Origin: Patescibacteria group bacterium
GTDB lineage: Bacteria > Patescibacteriota > Patescibacteriia > JACQRZ01
Reading direction: 5' to 3'
Length of the DNA: 64,000 nt
NCBI GenBank assembly: GCA_038065255.1
Contig: JBBTRI010000006.1
Span: 9,240 to 73,239 of the forward strand
This document shows, piece by piece, positions 48,353 to 58,298 of this stretch. The notes beneath the pieces are model-generated. The model saw only the letters and a program-made list of their open reading frames with translations, was not told the origin of the DNA and did not search any database. A program made the position numbers and the translations under genes. Every line of letters begins with the position of its first letter. Positions within the stretch are counted from its first letter, which is position 1.

Positions 48353-49915
48353 ATGAAATACCTTTTTTTAACGCTATCAATAATGTTTGCATTTGCATGT
48401 GCTCATACTGCCAATGCCGCACAGCTCAAAGACACGTTTAGCGGACGCATCCTTTTGCAGGTCCAGGAAAAAGGCAAAGCATGGTATATTGATCCGCTTA
48501 CGCGGACGCGAGCGTATCTTGGAAAACCTTCAGATGCTTTTCGCGTGATGAGGGAGTTGGGTTTGGGTATTTCGAATGCCAATTTGGAAAAGATTTCGGC
48601 ATCGGAAGATAGTGCGGTTCGTAATCGCTCATTTGCGTTGAAATTTGCAGGACGTATTTTGCTGCAAGTCGAAGAACATGGCGAGGCATGGTATGTGAAC
48701 CCCATTGATCTAAAGCGATATTTTCTTGGGCGCCCCTCTGATGCATTTACTGTCATGAGGGGACAGGGTTTGGGTATTTCAAACGATAATATTAATAAAA
48801 TTGCACCATCCCAAAAGTATGCGGATCCGGAACAGCCCGCAATGTCGGAATCCGCGAGTGTGCCATCCTCTCCAGTAAAAGAGCAGCTCCAGCAGCAAAA
48901 ACCGCAATTTAAAGAACCACCGGCATTTACGAATATCAGCGGTTCATACCGCTGTTGGAGCTATAATGTGAGTGGTGGCGGTGGGGGAGACTGCAGGCTT
49001 TTTGCACCCATTGTACTCAATAAGGATGGCACGTATTCAGTCTCGAGCGAAAAAGGGACCTATTCTGTAAGTGGAGATATTCTAACCCTCTCCGAGTCAA
49101 AGCTGCGCGGACCAGGCAAATTAATCGGCGGTACCCAGATACGCTTTGAATATGATTACAACAACTGGCACCATGTGGTTACGTATCTCAAAGAGGGCGG
49201 GACAACTGCCGTATCGTCAGATGGAGCGGTGTCGGAGGTGCCAGTGCAGATTACACTCGAATATCCAGAGAAAGATAGTGCGCTGAATTCCATCGTTACA
49301 ATGGAATTGGTGTTCGAAGGGCAGGATGTGAAAAAAGCAAGCTACAAGCCAACAGCAATTGCAGTGTGGGACGGCGACCGGCGCGTTACCGCTTCATTTC
49401 ACAAGGCAACAAGTACGCCTCAAACAGGAAAAAAATATGATGTGTATGCAAACTGGGGAACGGAAAGTACAAAAATGGGACAGATTGACTTAACAAATGC
49501 AAAAACGCAAGTGGTGACTGCCATTAAAGTTCTGAAAGCCGGCGGGACGAGCGTTGAGCAAAAAGAAGAAGCGCCTTCACCAGCGCCCGAGATTGTTGTC
49601 GAGATCGACCTCATTTACCCAGGTCGTGACAGCAGTCTTGGTTCGATTCAAACCGTTACGCTTGTGCCACAAGGACAGGATCCGACAACCGCTGTGTATA
49701 AACCCATGGCTCTTGCGATCTGGGATGGCGATCGCGCCATTGTCGGATCGTTTCATAAGGCAACCAATCAAGTCAAAATAAAAGCAGTATATGACGTGTA
49801 TGCTGATTGGGGTGCCTTTGGCGGATATGTGAAATCCGGCATACTTGATTTAACCAATACAACTGCAGGGCCGATCACTAAGCAGATTCAAACAACCATT
49901 TCAGGAACACAATAA
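48353..49915 (+). CDS. Secreted/surface protein with tandem GRILLQV repeats and a duplicated C-terminal domain
   Basis: Signal peptide; two GRILLQV..G.AWY..P...R.YLG.PSDAF units; two YP..DS.L.SI...YKP.A.A.WDGDR....SFHKAT...YDVYA.WG units. Confidence 0.8.
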   Translation: MKYLFLTLSIMFAFACAHTANAAQLKDTFSGRILLQVQEKGKAWYIDPLTRTRAYLGKPSDAFRVMRELGLGISNANLEKISASEDSAVRNRSFALKFAGRILLQVEEHGEAWYVNPIDLKRYFLGRPSDAFTVMRGQGLGISNDNINKIAPSQKYADPEQPAMSESASVPSSPVKEQLQQQKPQFKEPPAFTNISGSYRCWSYNVSGGGGGDCRLFAPIVLNKDGTYSVSSEKGTYSVSGDILTLSESKLRGPGKLIGGTQIRFEYDYNNWHHVVTYLKEGGTTAVSSDGAVSEVPVQITLEYPEKDSALNSIVTMELVFEGQDVKKASYKPTAIAVWDGDRRVTASFHKATSTPQTGKKYDVYANWGTESTKMGQIDLTNAKTQVVTAIKVLKAGGTSVEQKEEAPSPAPEIVVEIDLIYPGRDSSLGSIQTVTLVPQGQDPTTAVYKPMALAIWDGDRAIVGSFHKATNQVKIKAVYDVYADWGAFGGYVKSGILDLTNTTAGPITKQIQTTISGTQ

Positions 49916-49917
49916 TT

Positions 49918-51432
49918 ATGCAAAAAACACTACTACGAATCGGCATTCCGGGAGTGCTTATTGTAGGGATTCTTTTGGGAGCGATGCCGAGTAGGATAGA
50001 TGCTGTAGCTAATACAGCTCGCGATATAAAACCCGAAGCATCGATAATGCTTATTGACCCTCCTGTTGCTACAGCAAATGTCATATCAATTGCAGTGAGA
50101 GGGCTTGACTGGGGACCATATTCGGAGCGGCAAAATCCAAAGGCATGGTTTGTTGATCCTGATGATACTACTATGTACGAACTTACAATTGCGCGGAATT
50201 ATCGTGATTGTACGCTTACATTGGCAATGCGTGGCGAGTGTTCCGATGACCAGCTTTTTTTGCGGCTCGAGATTCCTCAGGATGTGAGACTAAAACTAAC
50301 ACCCAAAATGTATGGACTGTATGTTGCAACAGAAAAAATGATAAACGCAATGGGGCAGTTTACTCTCGTTGCAAATCCTCTTCAAAAAAACATATCAGAA
50401 CCAACACTAGCTCTTTCGCCCGTGAAGGGTCCCACGGGTACTTATGTCATGCTGTTTGGTGCGGGTTTCACAGCAAAAGAAGGGCTTAATGTGCGTTTTG
50501 ACCGGGTAAAGGTATCGGTTGGGGGATATTTGGCGCCAGAAGATGATGGTACATTTGAAAATATTGGCATAACCATTCCTTCGATGATCGAACGGGACAA
50601 CGCAAAAATTACCATTATGCCCGGCACCCATACTATTGATGTTGTGAATAATAATCCTACAAATCCCCGCTCTGCTGCGGCGCAGTTTATGGTACAAGAA
50701 AAAATTGAATACGGCACTGGTGAAAAAAAAGATCAGAAAGAACTGAATCAGATAGAAAAAGACCGCAAAAAACAAGAGCAAATAGATAAAGAGCAAAAGA
50801 AACTCGAAGATGACCAAAAGAAACTCGAAGATGAGAAAGCAAAAAAAGAGAAAGAGCGAACAGAGCTTCAAAAACAACTTGCCGAACGCAAACTTAAGCG
50901 CGAACAAGAAGAGCTTCAAAAAAAACTAAAAGAAAATGAACGCAAACAGAAAGAACAAGAAAAAAAATTAAATGACATTGCTAAAAAACAAGACGGGCTC
51001 GAAAAGCGTGAAGATTCCCTTAAAACATGGTTTTGTGATCCTGAGCTTCCTCTGACATTTCAGTCTGGGTGTACCCCTCTTAAAAAAATACCGGTCAAAA
51101 GTCCATACGAAGGCAGGCCATGCAGTGCGGATATGCCCATTACATTTCAGCCGGGATGCATAGGGCAGATTTCTGCACTGCAAAAGAATTTATTTACTGG
51201 TAGGGCATGCTCAAGCGATATTCCTCTCGTATGGCAGGATGGGTGTGTTCAGCCTCCTCGGCAGGAAATGAGGGGAGAGTATGAAGGTAAGTCCTGTGAT
51301 CCATCAAGAGCTATTACATTTCAACCTGGATGCATTCCACCGCCCCCTAAACAACCTTTAGTGGAGTCTTTTGCGGGGAAGAAATGCAATCCGTACATTC
51401 CCCATTATTCTCAAATAGGATGCATCGAATAA
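49918..51432 (+). CDS. Secreted protein with Ig-like region, coiled coil and five Cys-pair repeats
   Basis: Signal peptide; LSP.KGP.GT.V...G.GF; K/E/Q-rich coil; C-x6-FQPGC-like repeats. Confidence 0.75.
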   Translation: MQKTLLRIGIPGVLIVGILLGAMPSRIDAVANTARDIKPEASIMLIDPPVATANVISIAVRGLDWGPYSERQNPKAWFVDPDDTTMYELTIARNYRDCTLTLAMRGECSDDQLFLRLEIPQDVRLKLTPKMYGLYVATEKMINAMGQFTLVANPLQKNISEPTLALSPVKGPTGTYVMLFGAGFTAKEGLNVRFDRVKVSVGGYLAPEDDGTFENIGITIPSMIERDNAKITIMPGTHTIDVVNNNPTNPRSAAAQFMVQEKIEYGTGEKKDQKELNQIEKDRKKQEQIDKEQKKLEDDQKKLEDEKAKKEKERTELQKQLAERKLKREQEELQKKLKENERKQKEQEKKLNDIAKKQDGLEKREDSLKTWFCDPELPLTFQSGCTPLKKIPVKSPYEGRPCSADMPITFQPGCIGQISALQKNLFTGRACSSDIPLVWQDGCVQPPRQEMRGEYEGKSCDPSRAITFQPGCIPPPPKQPLVESFAGKKCNPYIPHYSQIGCIE

Positions 51433-51435
51433 TCT

Positions 51436-51888
51436 ATGCCATGCACAAAACAAAAGGGAGATATTACTAAAGTGAAGGCTGATGTCATCATAAATGCTGC
51501 AAATACGGAGCTCAATCACATCGGCGGTGTTGCGCAAGCTATTTCATTGGCTGCTGGCCCTGCACTTAGTGAAGAATGCAAGGATCAGGGATTTATTCCG
51601 TTGGGTGGGTATGTTGCCACCACAGCAGGAAACTTAAAAGCAGATATCGTTATTCATATTCCTACGATCGATTACCAGGCAGACGGAAAAATTATTGGGT
51701 ATGACCAGCTCCGTTCTGTTTGGCATGATGTATTAGATTATTGCGAGCAGGAAGGATTCCAATCCATAGCAGTGCCAATGCTCGGTGCGGGCGCATGTGG
51801 GATGGATGCAAAACGTATAGAAATTATACTTTCTAACGAAGCAAAGAAATATTCATCGCTCAATGTGATTATTGTCGTTAAGGGATAA
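51436..51888 (+). CDS. Macro domain protein (ADP-ribose binding/hydrolase)
   Basis: GDIT...D.IINAAN..L...GGV..AI..AAG, T.AG.L, VIH, SIA.P.LG.G. Confidence 0.92.
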   Translation: MPCTKQKGDITKVKADVIINAANTELNHIGGVAQAISLAAGPALSEECKDQGFIPLGGYVATTAGNLKADIVIHIPTIDYQADGKIIGYDQLRSVWHDVLDYCEQEGFQSIAVPMLGAGACGMDAKRIEIILSNEAKKYSSLNVIIVVKG

Positions 51889-51917
51889 AAAAATGAGTCC
51901 GCTTCGGACTCATTTTT
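51889..51917. terminator. Bidirectional intrinsic terminator
   Basis: AAAAATGAGTCCG-CTT-CGGACTCATTTTT between convergent genes. Confidence 0.85.
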
Positions 51918-51926
51918 ATACTATTC

Positions 51927-52367
51927 TTATTTTTTTGTAGTGGGTGCTGTTTTTTCTGTTTTCTCATCTGGTTTCTCGCCATCCGTGCTTTCGGTTGTTT
52001 CTTCATCGGCTTGGCTTGCCTTTTCAAGGCAGGAATTTGAAACATCATTGCATGCTTTCAGAAGCTGTGCGCTTACAGAATCGAGCTGTCGTTGGAGTTT
52101 GTCGATCTTTGCTTCCAGCGCTTGTACGTTTGATCCGACAGTTGCAATAGTCGGTTCTGTTTTTTTGCTTGCTGCGAGCGAACTGAGGCTTAATCCGAAC
52201 GAGAGGACAAGAAGTGCTCCAAGTCCCAAAAGTACTGCATGTGTATTTGTATGAATCTTGCATTGGATTTGCTGCTGTTCCTTGTTTTGGGGAGGCTGTG
52301 CTGTTTTGGGTAATGGCTGCGATAGGTTGGTTGCAGCTTTCTTGGTTGCGCGTGGTGGCATAAGCAT
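51927..52367 (-). CDS. Single-TM hypothetical protein with short coiled coil
   Basis: Likely start MLMPPR; one hydrophobic helix and a charged tail. Confidence 0.65.
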   Translation of the reverse strand: MLMPPRATKKAATNLSQPLPKTAQPPQNKEQQQIQCKIHTNTHAVLLGLGALLVLSFGLSLSSLAASKKTEPTIATVGSNVQALEAKIDKLQRQLDSVSAQLLKACNDVSNSCLEKASQADEETTESTDGEKPDEKTEKTAPTTKK

Positions 52368-52503
52368 GGTAGCGAAATGAATAATGTAATCCACAGTATA
52401 GCATCTGGCAAAAAAGGTGACAATATCTTCCTGTGCATATTCTGTTACTAACATTCAATAGAGCTCTTTTTCTTTTGGTGTATTGTGGTAGGATAGTCGA
52501 GAT

Positions 52504-54222
52504 ATGAAAAGCGATAACGTACAATCCGGTGCACGCATTCTTCATGACGCGCTTGTACATGAAGGTGTTACGGTACTATTTGGCTATCCGGGTTCTGACA
52601 TGCTGCCTTTTTATGATGAGCTGTATCATAGCAGCACTATTCGCCACATTCTTGTGCGTCATGAACAAGCTGCGGCGCACGCGGCGGATGGATATGCTCG
52701 CAGTAGCGGAGTGCCGGGTGTATGTATGGCAACATCAGGACCCGGATCGACAAATCTTATCACCGGGATTGCTGCGGCGTATGCGGATTCCATACCTTTG
52801 GTGGCGCTGACGTTTAATGCTTCTTCTGAATATCTTGGTAAAGGGGTATTTCAAGAAGTGGACATGATCAGTATTACCAACACTATTACCAAAAAGAATT
52901 GGCGCATTCGTTCTGTTGAAGAAATTCCCGCAATTATACATCAGGCATTTTACGAATCGCAGAAATATCCCCAAGGCCCCGTACTCATAGATATTCCTTC
53001 AGATATTATTCGAAAAAACGCATTAGGGAATGTTGAGCTAGAGACTATGAATGATCAAGGAGGCAGGCAATCACTTTCCGATGTAGAACGTGCAGCTTTT
53101 TTTTCTCTTCTTTCCCAAGCAAAGCGCCCGGTGTTTATTGCCGGAAGTGGCATAGTGCAATCGCAATCACACGTGATGTTCAGGAATCTTGTTGAGCGCT
53201 TGAATGTTCCTGTTGCCTCAACTGTTTCAGGGGTTGGAAGTATTTCCGAACATCATCCGCTTGCCTTGGAAGTTCTGGGTGTATTGGGAACGCCCTATGC
53301 TAATTCAGCATTACAGAAAGCAGATTGTATTGTCGCGTGGGGCATGCATTTTGAACCGCGCTCAACTGCTCGATTGGAGTATTTTGCTCCCAATGCAAAG
53401 ATTATCCAAATTGATATCAATCATAAAGCCTGCGGACTTTTTGTTCAGCCAACGCTTTGTTTGTCCGGAGATGTGAGTGCTATCATTAGCGACATGCTTG
53501 ACGATGAGCGCTCGCGTGCCTATAGAGCTCCCACGGAATGGATTGAACAAATTGCGCTTTGGAAACATTCATGCGCATTGCGCTCTGATGCGGCACCATC
53601 CGGCATTCAACCCTCGTTCATTATGGAAACACTGGAGCGAATAGTTCCGAATATCAGAATTTTTGCGGGCAACGGGCTTCACAAGTATTGGGCGCTTCGC
53701 CATTTTACCTACACCTATCCTCGGCAGTTTAATACTAATTCACGTTTTGGCGCTATGGGGTTTGCATTGCCTGGCGCAATCGGGGCAAGTATTGCATTGG
53801 ATGAACCGATTGTGGTCGTAACGGGGGATGGCGATATTCAAATGAATATACAAGAGTTGGCAACACTTGCTGATCTTAGTACTCCCGTGAAAATACTTGT
53901 GTTTAATAACGGATCACTGGGAGCTATTCGGCAACATCAGCATTTTTCATACGGTAAGAGATTTATTGGAAGTACTTTTGACAAGCCGCTTGCCATTGCC
54001 GAGATTGCGCAGAGCTATGGTATTCGTTCGGAAACGGTAGGTACGCATGAGTATATTCAGCCAGCTCTAGAGCGAGCACTTCACCATCCCGGTCCCTATC
54101 TTATTAATTTCGTGCTGCATCCCGATACCTATCTTGAGAAAAAAATTTCAATCAATGAGTCGCTTGATGCGCTTATTTGTCCTGTTGAACCGATTATTGA
54201 CACTCGGCATGATCTGGCGTAG
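52504..54222 (+). CDS. ilvB: ThDP-dependent acetolactate synthase large subunit-like enzyme
   Basis: FGYPG, RHEQAA.HAADGYAR, TSGPG.TN, GAMGF.LP.AIGA, GDG...MNIQEL...NN. Confidence 0.85.
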   Translation: MKSDNVQSGARILHDALVHEGVTVLFGYPGSDMLPFYDELYHSSTIRHILVRHEQAAAHAADGYARSSGVPGVCMATSGPGSTNLITGIAAAYADSIPLVALTFNASSEYLGKGVFQEVDMISITNTITKKNWRIRSVEEIPAIIHQAFYESQKYPQGPVLIDIPSDIIRKNALGNVELETMNDQGGRQSLSDVERAAFFSLLSQAKRPVFIAGSGIVQSQSHVMFRNLVERLNVPVASTVSGVGSISEHHPLALEVLGVLGTPYANSALQKADCIVAWGMHFEPRSTARLEYFAPNAKIIQIDINHKACGLFVQPTLCLSGDVSAIISDMLDDERSRAYRAPTEWIEQIALWKHSCALRSDAAPSGIQPSFIMETLERIVPNIRIFAGNGLHKYWALRHFTYTYPRQFNTNSRFGAMGFALPGAIGASIALDEPIVVVTGDGDIQMNIQELATLADLSTPVKILVFNNGSLGAIRQHQHFSYGKRFIGSTFDKPLAIAEIAQSYGIRSETVGTHEYIQPALERALHHPGPYLINFVLHPDTYLEKKISINESLDALICPVEPIIDTRHDLA

Positions 54223-54232
54223 AGTCGACAGT

Positions 54233-55273
54233 ATGAAAGCGCTTGTTAAATGCAGAGCAGAAAAAGGATTGGAACTGCAGGATATTCCCATACCTGAAGT
54301 GAAACCCGGCACGGTGCTTGTGAAAATTGCTGCCGCAGGCATTTGCGGAAGCGATCATCATATTTACAAATGGGATGACGGGCGCAACGCGCTTTCCAAT
54401 AACGTACCTTACATTCTGGGTCATGAAGGCTCGGGAACCGTCGAGAAAGTCGGCGAGGGTGTTACGAATATTGCGGAAGGCGATCGTGTTGCATTTGAAT
54501 CCCACATCCATGACGATTGCTCATATGTGAAGCGAGGACTGGAGAATATTTGTCCCCATAAGAGCATTCTTGGAATTGGCAGTAATGGTGTTTTTGCAGA
54601 GTATGCGCTTGTACCCCAACACATTGTCCGCATTGCACCGCTAAGCATTCCACTAACGGTTGCATCGGTATTTGAGCCTGCAACGATCGGCATCCGCGCA
54701 CTTGAACACCTCTCTGAACTCTTATCAAAGCAGCCACTGGGACGGAAATCGAAAGTAGCAGTATTCGGTGCAACAGGGATTATGGGCGGTGTAGCAGCGC
54801 TTGCAGCCCGATGGTTTGGATTTGATGTGTTGGCATTCGGACGCAGCAAAGAAAAACTCGCCGTCATTTCCAGCTTAGATTCGTCAATTACCACCTATGA
54901 CATTACTGATGTCGATATATCAAAAAAGCTATCAGAGCTTTCGGTGGATGCTGTGATTGAGACGACCGGAGCACCACAGTCTCTGGAAATCGGTCGCTCG
55001 CTCATTGTTTCGGCAGGAGTATGGATTCAGATCGGCATTTTCGGAAGCGATTCAGATGCATACCGAATACTTCTCAATGATGTTGTGCGTCGGGAAATTA
55101 TGCTCAAAGGGGTTGTAGGTCGTACGCGACGTGAATGGAACCGACTCTTTGATTTGGTCGGCAGTGGAGCGCTTCAGCTTACTCCTCTGATTACCGATCG
55201 GTACGCACTCGAGGATTTCGAAGCTGCATTCAGGGCAAAGGAGGGGATTAAGAGTGTCTTTGTCCTTGAATAG
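54233..55273 (+). CDS. Zn-dependent medium-chain dehydrogenase (threonine/butanediol dehydrogenase-like)
   Basis: ICGSDHH, LGHE..G.V..VG..V....GDRV, EP, GATG.MG; start moved to ATG 54233. Confidence 0.88.
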   Translation: MKALVKCRAEKGLELQDIPIPEVKPGTVLVKIAAAGICGSDHHIYKWDDGRNALSNNVPYILGHEGSGTVEKVGEGVTNIAEGDRVAFESHIHDDCSYVKRGLENICPHKSILGIGSNGVFAEYALVPQHIVRIAPLSIPLTVASVFEPATIGIRALEHLSELLSKQPLGRKSKVAVFGATGIMGGVAALAARWFGFDVLAFGRSKEKLAVISSLDSSITTYDITDVDISKKLSELSVDAVIETTGAPQSLEIGRSLIVSAGVWIQIGIFGSDSDAYRILLNDVVRREIMLKGVVGRTRREWNRLFDLVGSGALQLTPLITDRYALEDFEAAFRAKEGIKSVFVLE

Positions 55274-55298
55274 CCCAATTCGAGCACTCCAACAGCTT

Positions 55299-55336
55299 GC
55301 CGTTTTCCCACCAAGGGAAGGCGGTTTTTTATTTTT
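55299..55336 (+). terminator. Intrinsic terminator
   Basis: GCCGTTTTCCC-ACCAA-GGGAAGGCGGT followed by a T-run. Confidence 0.75.
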
Positions 55337-55363
55337 CAGACGCTTATAATGTCAATAATCCAC

Positions 55364-55392
55364 TTGACATAATATGTAACAAATGATAGTCT
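55364..55392 (+). promoter_or_regulatory. sigma70 promoter
   Basis: TTGACA-17-(TGn)TAGTCT. Confidence 0.7.
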
Positions 55393-55456
55393 GTGTATAT
55401 CTCTTATGTATAAGAAGGGGTCTGTAGTTATCTACAGCTGTTAGGAGGAATAGTCA

Positions 55457-55966
55457 TTGGACGAAATAGCACCGAATGTTGTCAACTTCATTGAATATCA
55501 TCACGCATTCAACAAGGCAGGGGATACTGTAAGCTCGACAGGAGTCGGGCATTGCATTTCCGGAGAAATCATAGAACAGGCACGAGACATATATAGCCGC
55601 ACATTGTCGCGGTATGTTTCAATCTCTCCAGCACTCTGTGTCCTGGAGGATCGTATCAAGCAGCACATGCTTCAAGGGATTTTCTGCGGTGTCCGAGATG
55701 AAGATCTCTTGGCCGCAGCGGCTCTCGTGAGAGCGCACGGAGATTATCTATGCGACAACTGGGTGAGAGGGCAGGGAAGCGAAAGGGCGCGTATGTTGCG
55801 CATCATTCATCGCCTGTCATCCCGACTGAAGGGGATTGTCTCGGAACATCTTGCGCGGCAGAGTCTTGATCGTCCGCTTGACGATCCGTTCGATCCACCC
55901 CTGCTGGTGGTGCGGCAATGCCGTACACAGCTTGAGCGCGTGCTCAATGAACTTGGGATGTCCTAG
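55457..55966 (+). CDS. Hypothetical helical protein
   Basis: TTG start with AGGAGG SD at 55443-55448; has its own promoter and terminator. Confidence 0.65.
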   Translation: MDEIAPNVVNFIEYHHAFNKAGDTVSSTGVGHCISGEIIEQARDIYSRTLSRYVSISPALCVLEDRIKQHMLQGIFCGVRDEDLLAAAALVRAHGDYLCDNWVRGQGSERARMLRIIHRLSSRLKGIVSEHLARQSLDRPLDDPFDPPLLVVRQCRTQLERVLNELGMS

Positions 55967-55981
55967 GTGTCCATATCCCAC

Positions 55982-56055
55982 ATCGGCCTTACCATTGCGA
56001 TAGGCCGATTTTTTTATCCATGAGTATTGACATTCGGGGAAATATTACCTACCAT
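55982..56055 (+). promoter_or_regulatory. Terminator followed by sigma70 promoter
   Basis: ATCGGCCT-N12-AGGCCGAT-TTTTTT; TTGACA (56027)-17-TACCAT. Confidence 0.7.
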
Positions 56056-56076
56056 TGTCGGTATCGAACATTGATA

Positions 56077-56790
56077 ATGAATACAATCAAAAATGTGCGA
56101 GTACTGTGTTTCCATACTATCGGTACCGGTGGTGCGTCAACACTCGGGCCGCAGGAATTTATCGCATTATATAGAAAATATTCGGAAGAATTACATTACG
56201 AAAAAGCGTGGGAAAAGTATCGAGGCGACCACCATTACCAAGATCAGCATGAGTTTATGTATCGCCAACGCTTTTTCCGTGAATGGGGCGATCATTGCAA
56301 ATTCACTGTTCTTCGGGATAAGGTAACCAGAGAACTAATCTTTTGTTTTGCTCTCGAGCACAAGGATACGGATGTCTATATGTTCTCGCTTTATGCCCGC
56401 ATGGCTTGCATGCGCAATAGACAGGAAGTTCAGACCGATGACGGCCAGCTTGAAGAGGTAGTACTGGCCATCGCAAACGCCGATGCGAGCAAAGAACAAT
56501 TTGACTGGATCGGCTACGGCCATTTTTGGCTGGAGTATGGTGGTAGTGACTTAGGTAGTCACGATCGGCTCGGCATGGATTTTTCCTCCGATCATATTCA
56601 CAATGAAGGGTGCCCCTACTGGCATGAGGCGCTCGCGGATGCCGTGCGCCAACAGCTGGCCGAGTACTTTGGCGCCTATGTGTGTTTCACTATGTCACTC
56701 ATGCGCCAATCATGGCCGGTCCGCTGGGACGAGGAAAAAGCGGCAGCAGCCAAAGCAGATCCGGGTGATGGAATCCTCCTTGACTACTGA
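56077..56790 (+). CDS. Hypothetical protein
   Basis: Start moved to ATG 56077, downstream of the promoter; no recognised motif. Confidence 0.7.
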   Translation: MNTIKNVRVLCFHTIGTGGASTLGPQEFIALYRKYSEELHYEKAWEKYRGDHHYQDQHEFMYRQRFFREWGDHCKFTVLRDKVTRELIFCFALEHKDTDVYMFSLYARMACMRNRQEVQTDDGQLEEVVLAIANADASKEQFDWIGYGHFWLEYGGSDLGSHDRLGMDFSSDHIHNEGCPYWHEALADAVRQQLAEYFGAYVCFTMSLMRQSWPVRWDEEKAAAAKADPGDGILLDY

Positions 56791-56808
56791 CCGCACCAAC
56801 GATGCGGC

Positions 56809-56876
56809 GGGCTCTTATTAAAAGAGCTCTTTTTTTATTTCCGATCATTGACAAAACGATCAAAAAATGCTAGTGT
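56809..56876 (+). promoter_or_regulatory. Terminator followed by sigma70 promoter
   Basis: GGGCTCTT-N5-AAGAGCTC-T-run; TTGACA (56848)-17-(TGn)TAGTGT. Confidence 0.7.
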
Positions 56877-56885
56877 GATCCAGCA

Positions 56886-57539
56886 ATGATCAACAGTATT
56901 CATTCGATCATTCAAACGTACATTTCTTCGTTTCACACATGGAAAGACTGGTCCCTCTTCGTTTCAGGAGTTTTGTTTATCGGTGGATTCATACCGTATG
57001 CAACCTCAATTTTACGCAGAGAAACAGTGCCGGTGAAAGTCACGTGGACGCTTGGCTTTATTCTCGATGTTATTGTGTTAATAGGAATGTTGGATAAGGG
57101 AAAAGCGAATTTTCAGATCGTCGGCGCATGTTTCGGCGCTGGAATCACCATGCTCCTCTCGTGGTCCTATGGCGCAAAAGGGTGGAAGCCTATTGATGTA
57201 GTTAGCGCCTGCGGGGCAGTACTGGGTATACTGCTCTGGAAACTTTTTGGCGATTCACTTGTCGGCATCATTATTGCATGCGTAACTATGTTTGTTGCTT
57301 GTGTACCAATGCTACAGGCAACATGGATCGATCCGAGTAAAGAAGACAAGCTCTCGTGGACAATCTTTTACGCCTCTTGTGTTTTTGCCGTCTGCGGTGT
57401 AAAAGAGTGGACACTTGTTGTTGCAGCCCAACCGGTAACATTTCTGCTTATCGAGCTTTCAATGGTGCTTTTGGTCTACCTTCGGCCACCAGCACTCAGT
57501 AAAACGCGTGAAAAGCAGTATTTCGAAAGCCCGTTATGA
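56886..57539 (+). CDS. Multi-pass membrane protein, paralog of 7409..7993
   Basis: IPY..I.R.ET.P...TW and P....W.DP..E....W; about 7 TM. Confidence 0.72.
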   Translation: MINSIHSIIQTYISSFHTWKDWSLFVSGVLFIGGFIPYATSILRRETVPVKVTWTLGFILDVIVLIGMLDKGKANFQIVGACFGAGITMLLSWSYGAKGWKPIDVVSACGAVLGILLWKLFGDSLVGIIIACVTMFVACVPMLQATWIDPSKEDKLSWTIFYASCVFAVCGVKEWTLVVAAQPVTFLLIELSMVLLVYLRPPALSKTREKQYFESPL

Positions 57540-57591
57540 TCACAGATCCGGGCTCTTTTTTATTGACAAAAAGTGAACTCTGGAATAGGCT
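57528..57591 (+). promoter_or_regulatory. Terminator followed by sigma70 promoter
   Basis: AGCCCG...CGGGCT-CTTTTTT; TTGACA (57563)-17-TAGGCT. Confidence 0.65.
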
Positions 57592-57613
57592 CATTTTTGC
57601 GTACATTATCACA

Positions 57614-58291
57614 ATGAGAAAGAGTGCATTAGCAAAAACAAGCATGGCGTTTGCGATCTTCGGAGTTGCTATCGGTATTAGTACATTTACTGCAACAACA
57701 CCCATAGGTTTGCCTGATTTTTCCGTTTCGTATGCATCTACCACTGGTATCTTGCATAAAAATCGAAATGAAGAGTATCTCGTAGATGAAGCGGAGCGAC
57801 TGTACAGTATGTACTTAATGAGAAGCGAAGTGGAGATGTATAAGAAATTCCGCATTCGACTCTTCGCCAATGAAAAGCTTGCAGGGATGTTCAAAAAATG
57901 CGCACAAGCAAGAACCCCCCTGGGATTAGCTGATTCGTTCCGTGTGTATGTCACAACCTTGAGTGTCGATGTAAAAGCATCAGATGAAGCAATCATTGCT
58001 TTTTTGGTCAAAAATCTTCCTACTGCCACACAAAACAGAATTATCTACGACAAACTGTCAAAAGAAGCACAGGGCTTTGGACTTACACTTATCCTTGGTG
58101 ATCTGGAAGGATACAAGAAATTCAGAGGTCGCCTTCTTGCAAACAAGCGGCTTGCTGATGCATTTAGAGAAGCGTCACATGCAGGAATCAGTATTGGTCT
58201 TGGATCGAAGTTTGAATCAAGTACTACGGCAGCCACGATCAATATTCATGCAACTGACGAAGAAATCCTCACATTCTTTCTCGGCGATTAG
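57614..58291 (+). CDS. Secreted/anchored hypothetical protein with internal duplication
   Basis: Start 57614; two YKKFR.RL.AN..LA..F...A.....GL...F.......I...A.DE.I..F units. Confidence 0.72.
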   Translation: MRKSALAKTSMAFAIFGVAIGISTFTATTPIGLPDFSVSYASTTGILHKNRNEEYLVDEAERLYSMYLMRSEVEMYKKFRIRLFANEKLAGMFKKCAQARTPLGLADSFRVYVTTLSVDVKASDEAIIAFLVKNLPTATQNRIIYDKLSKEAQGFGLTLILGDLEGYKKFRGRLLANKRLADAFREASHAGISIGLGSKFESSTTAATINIHATDEEILTFFLGD

Positions 58292-58298
58292 TATTTCG

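Noticed and set aside
50720-51010. A-rich quasi-repeats (AAGAAACTCGAAGATGA twice)
   Set aside because: Explained by K/E/Q coiled-coil coding rather than an independent DNA element.
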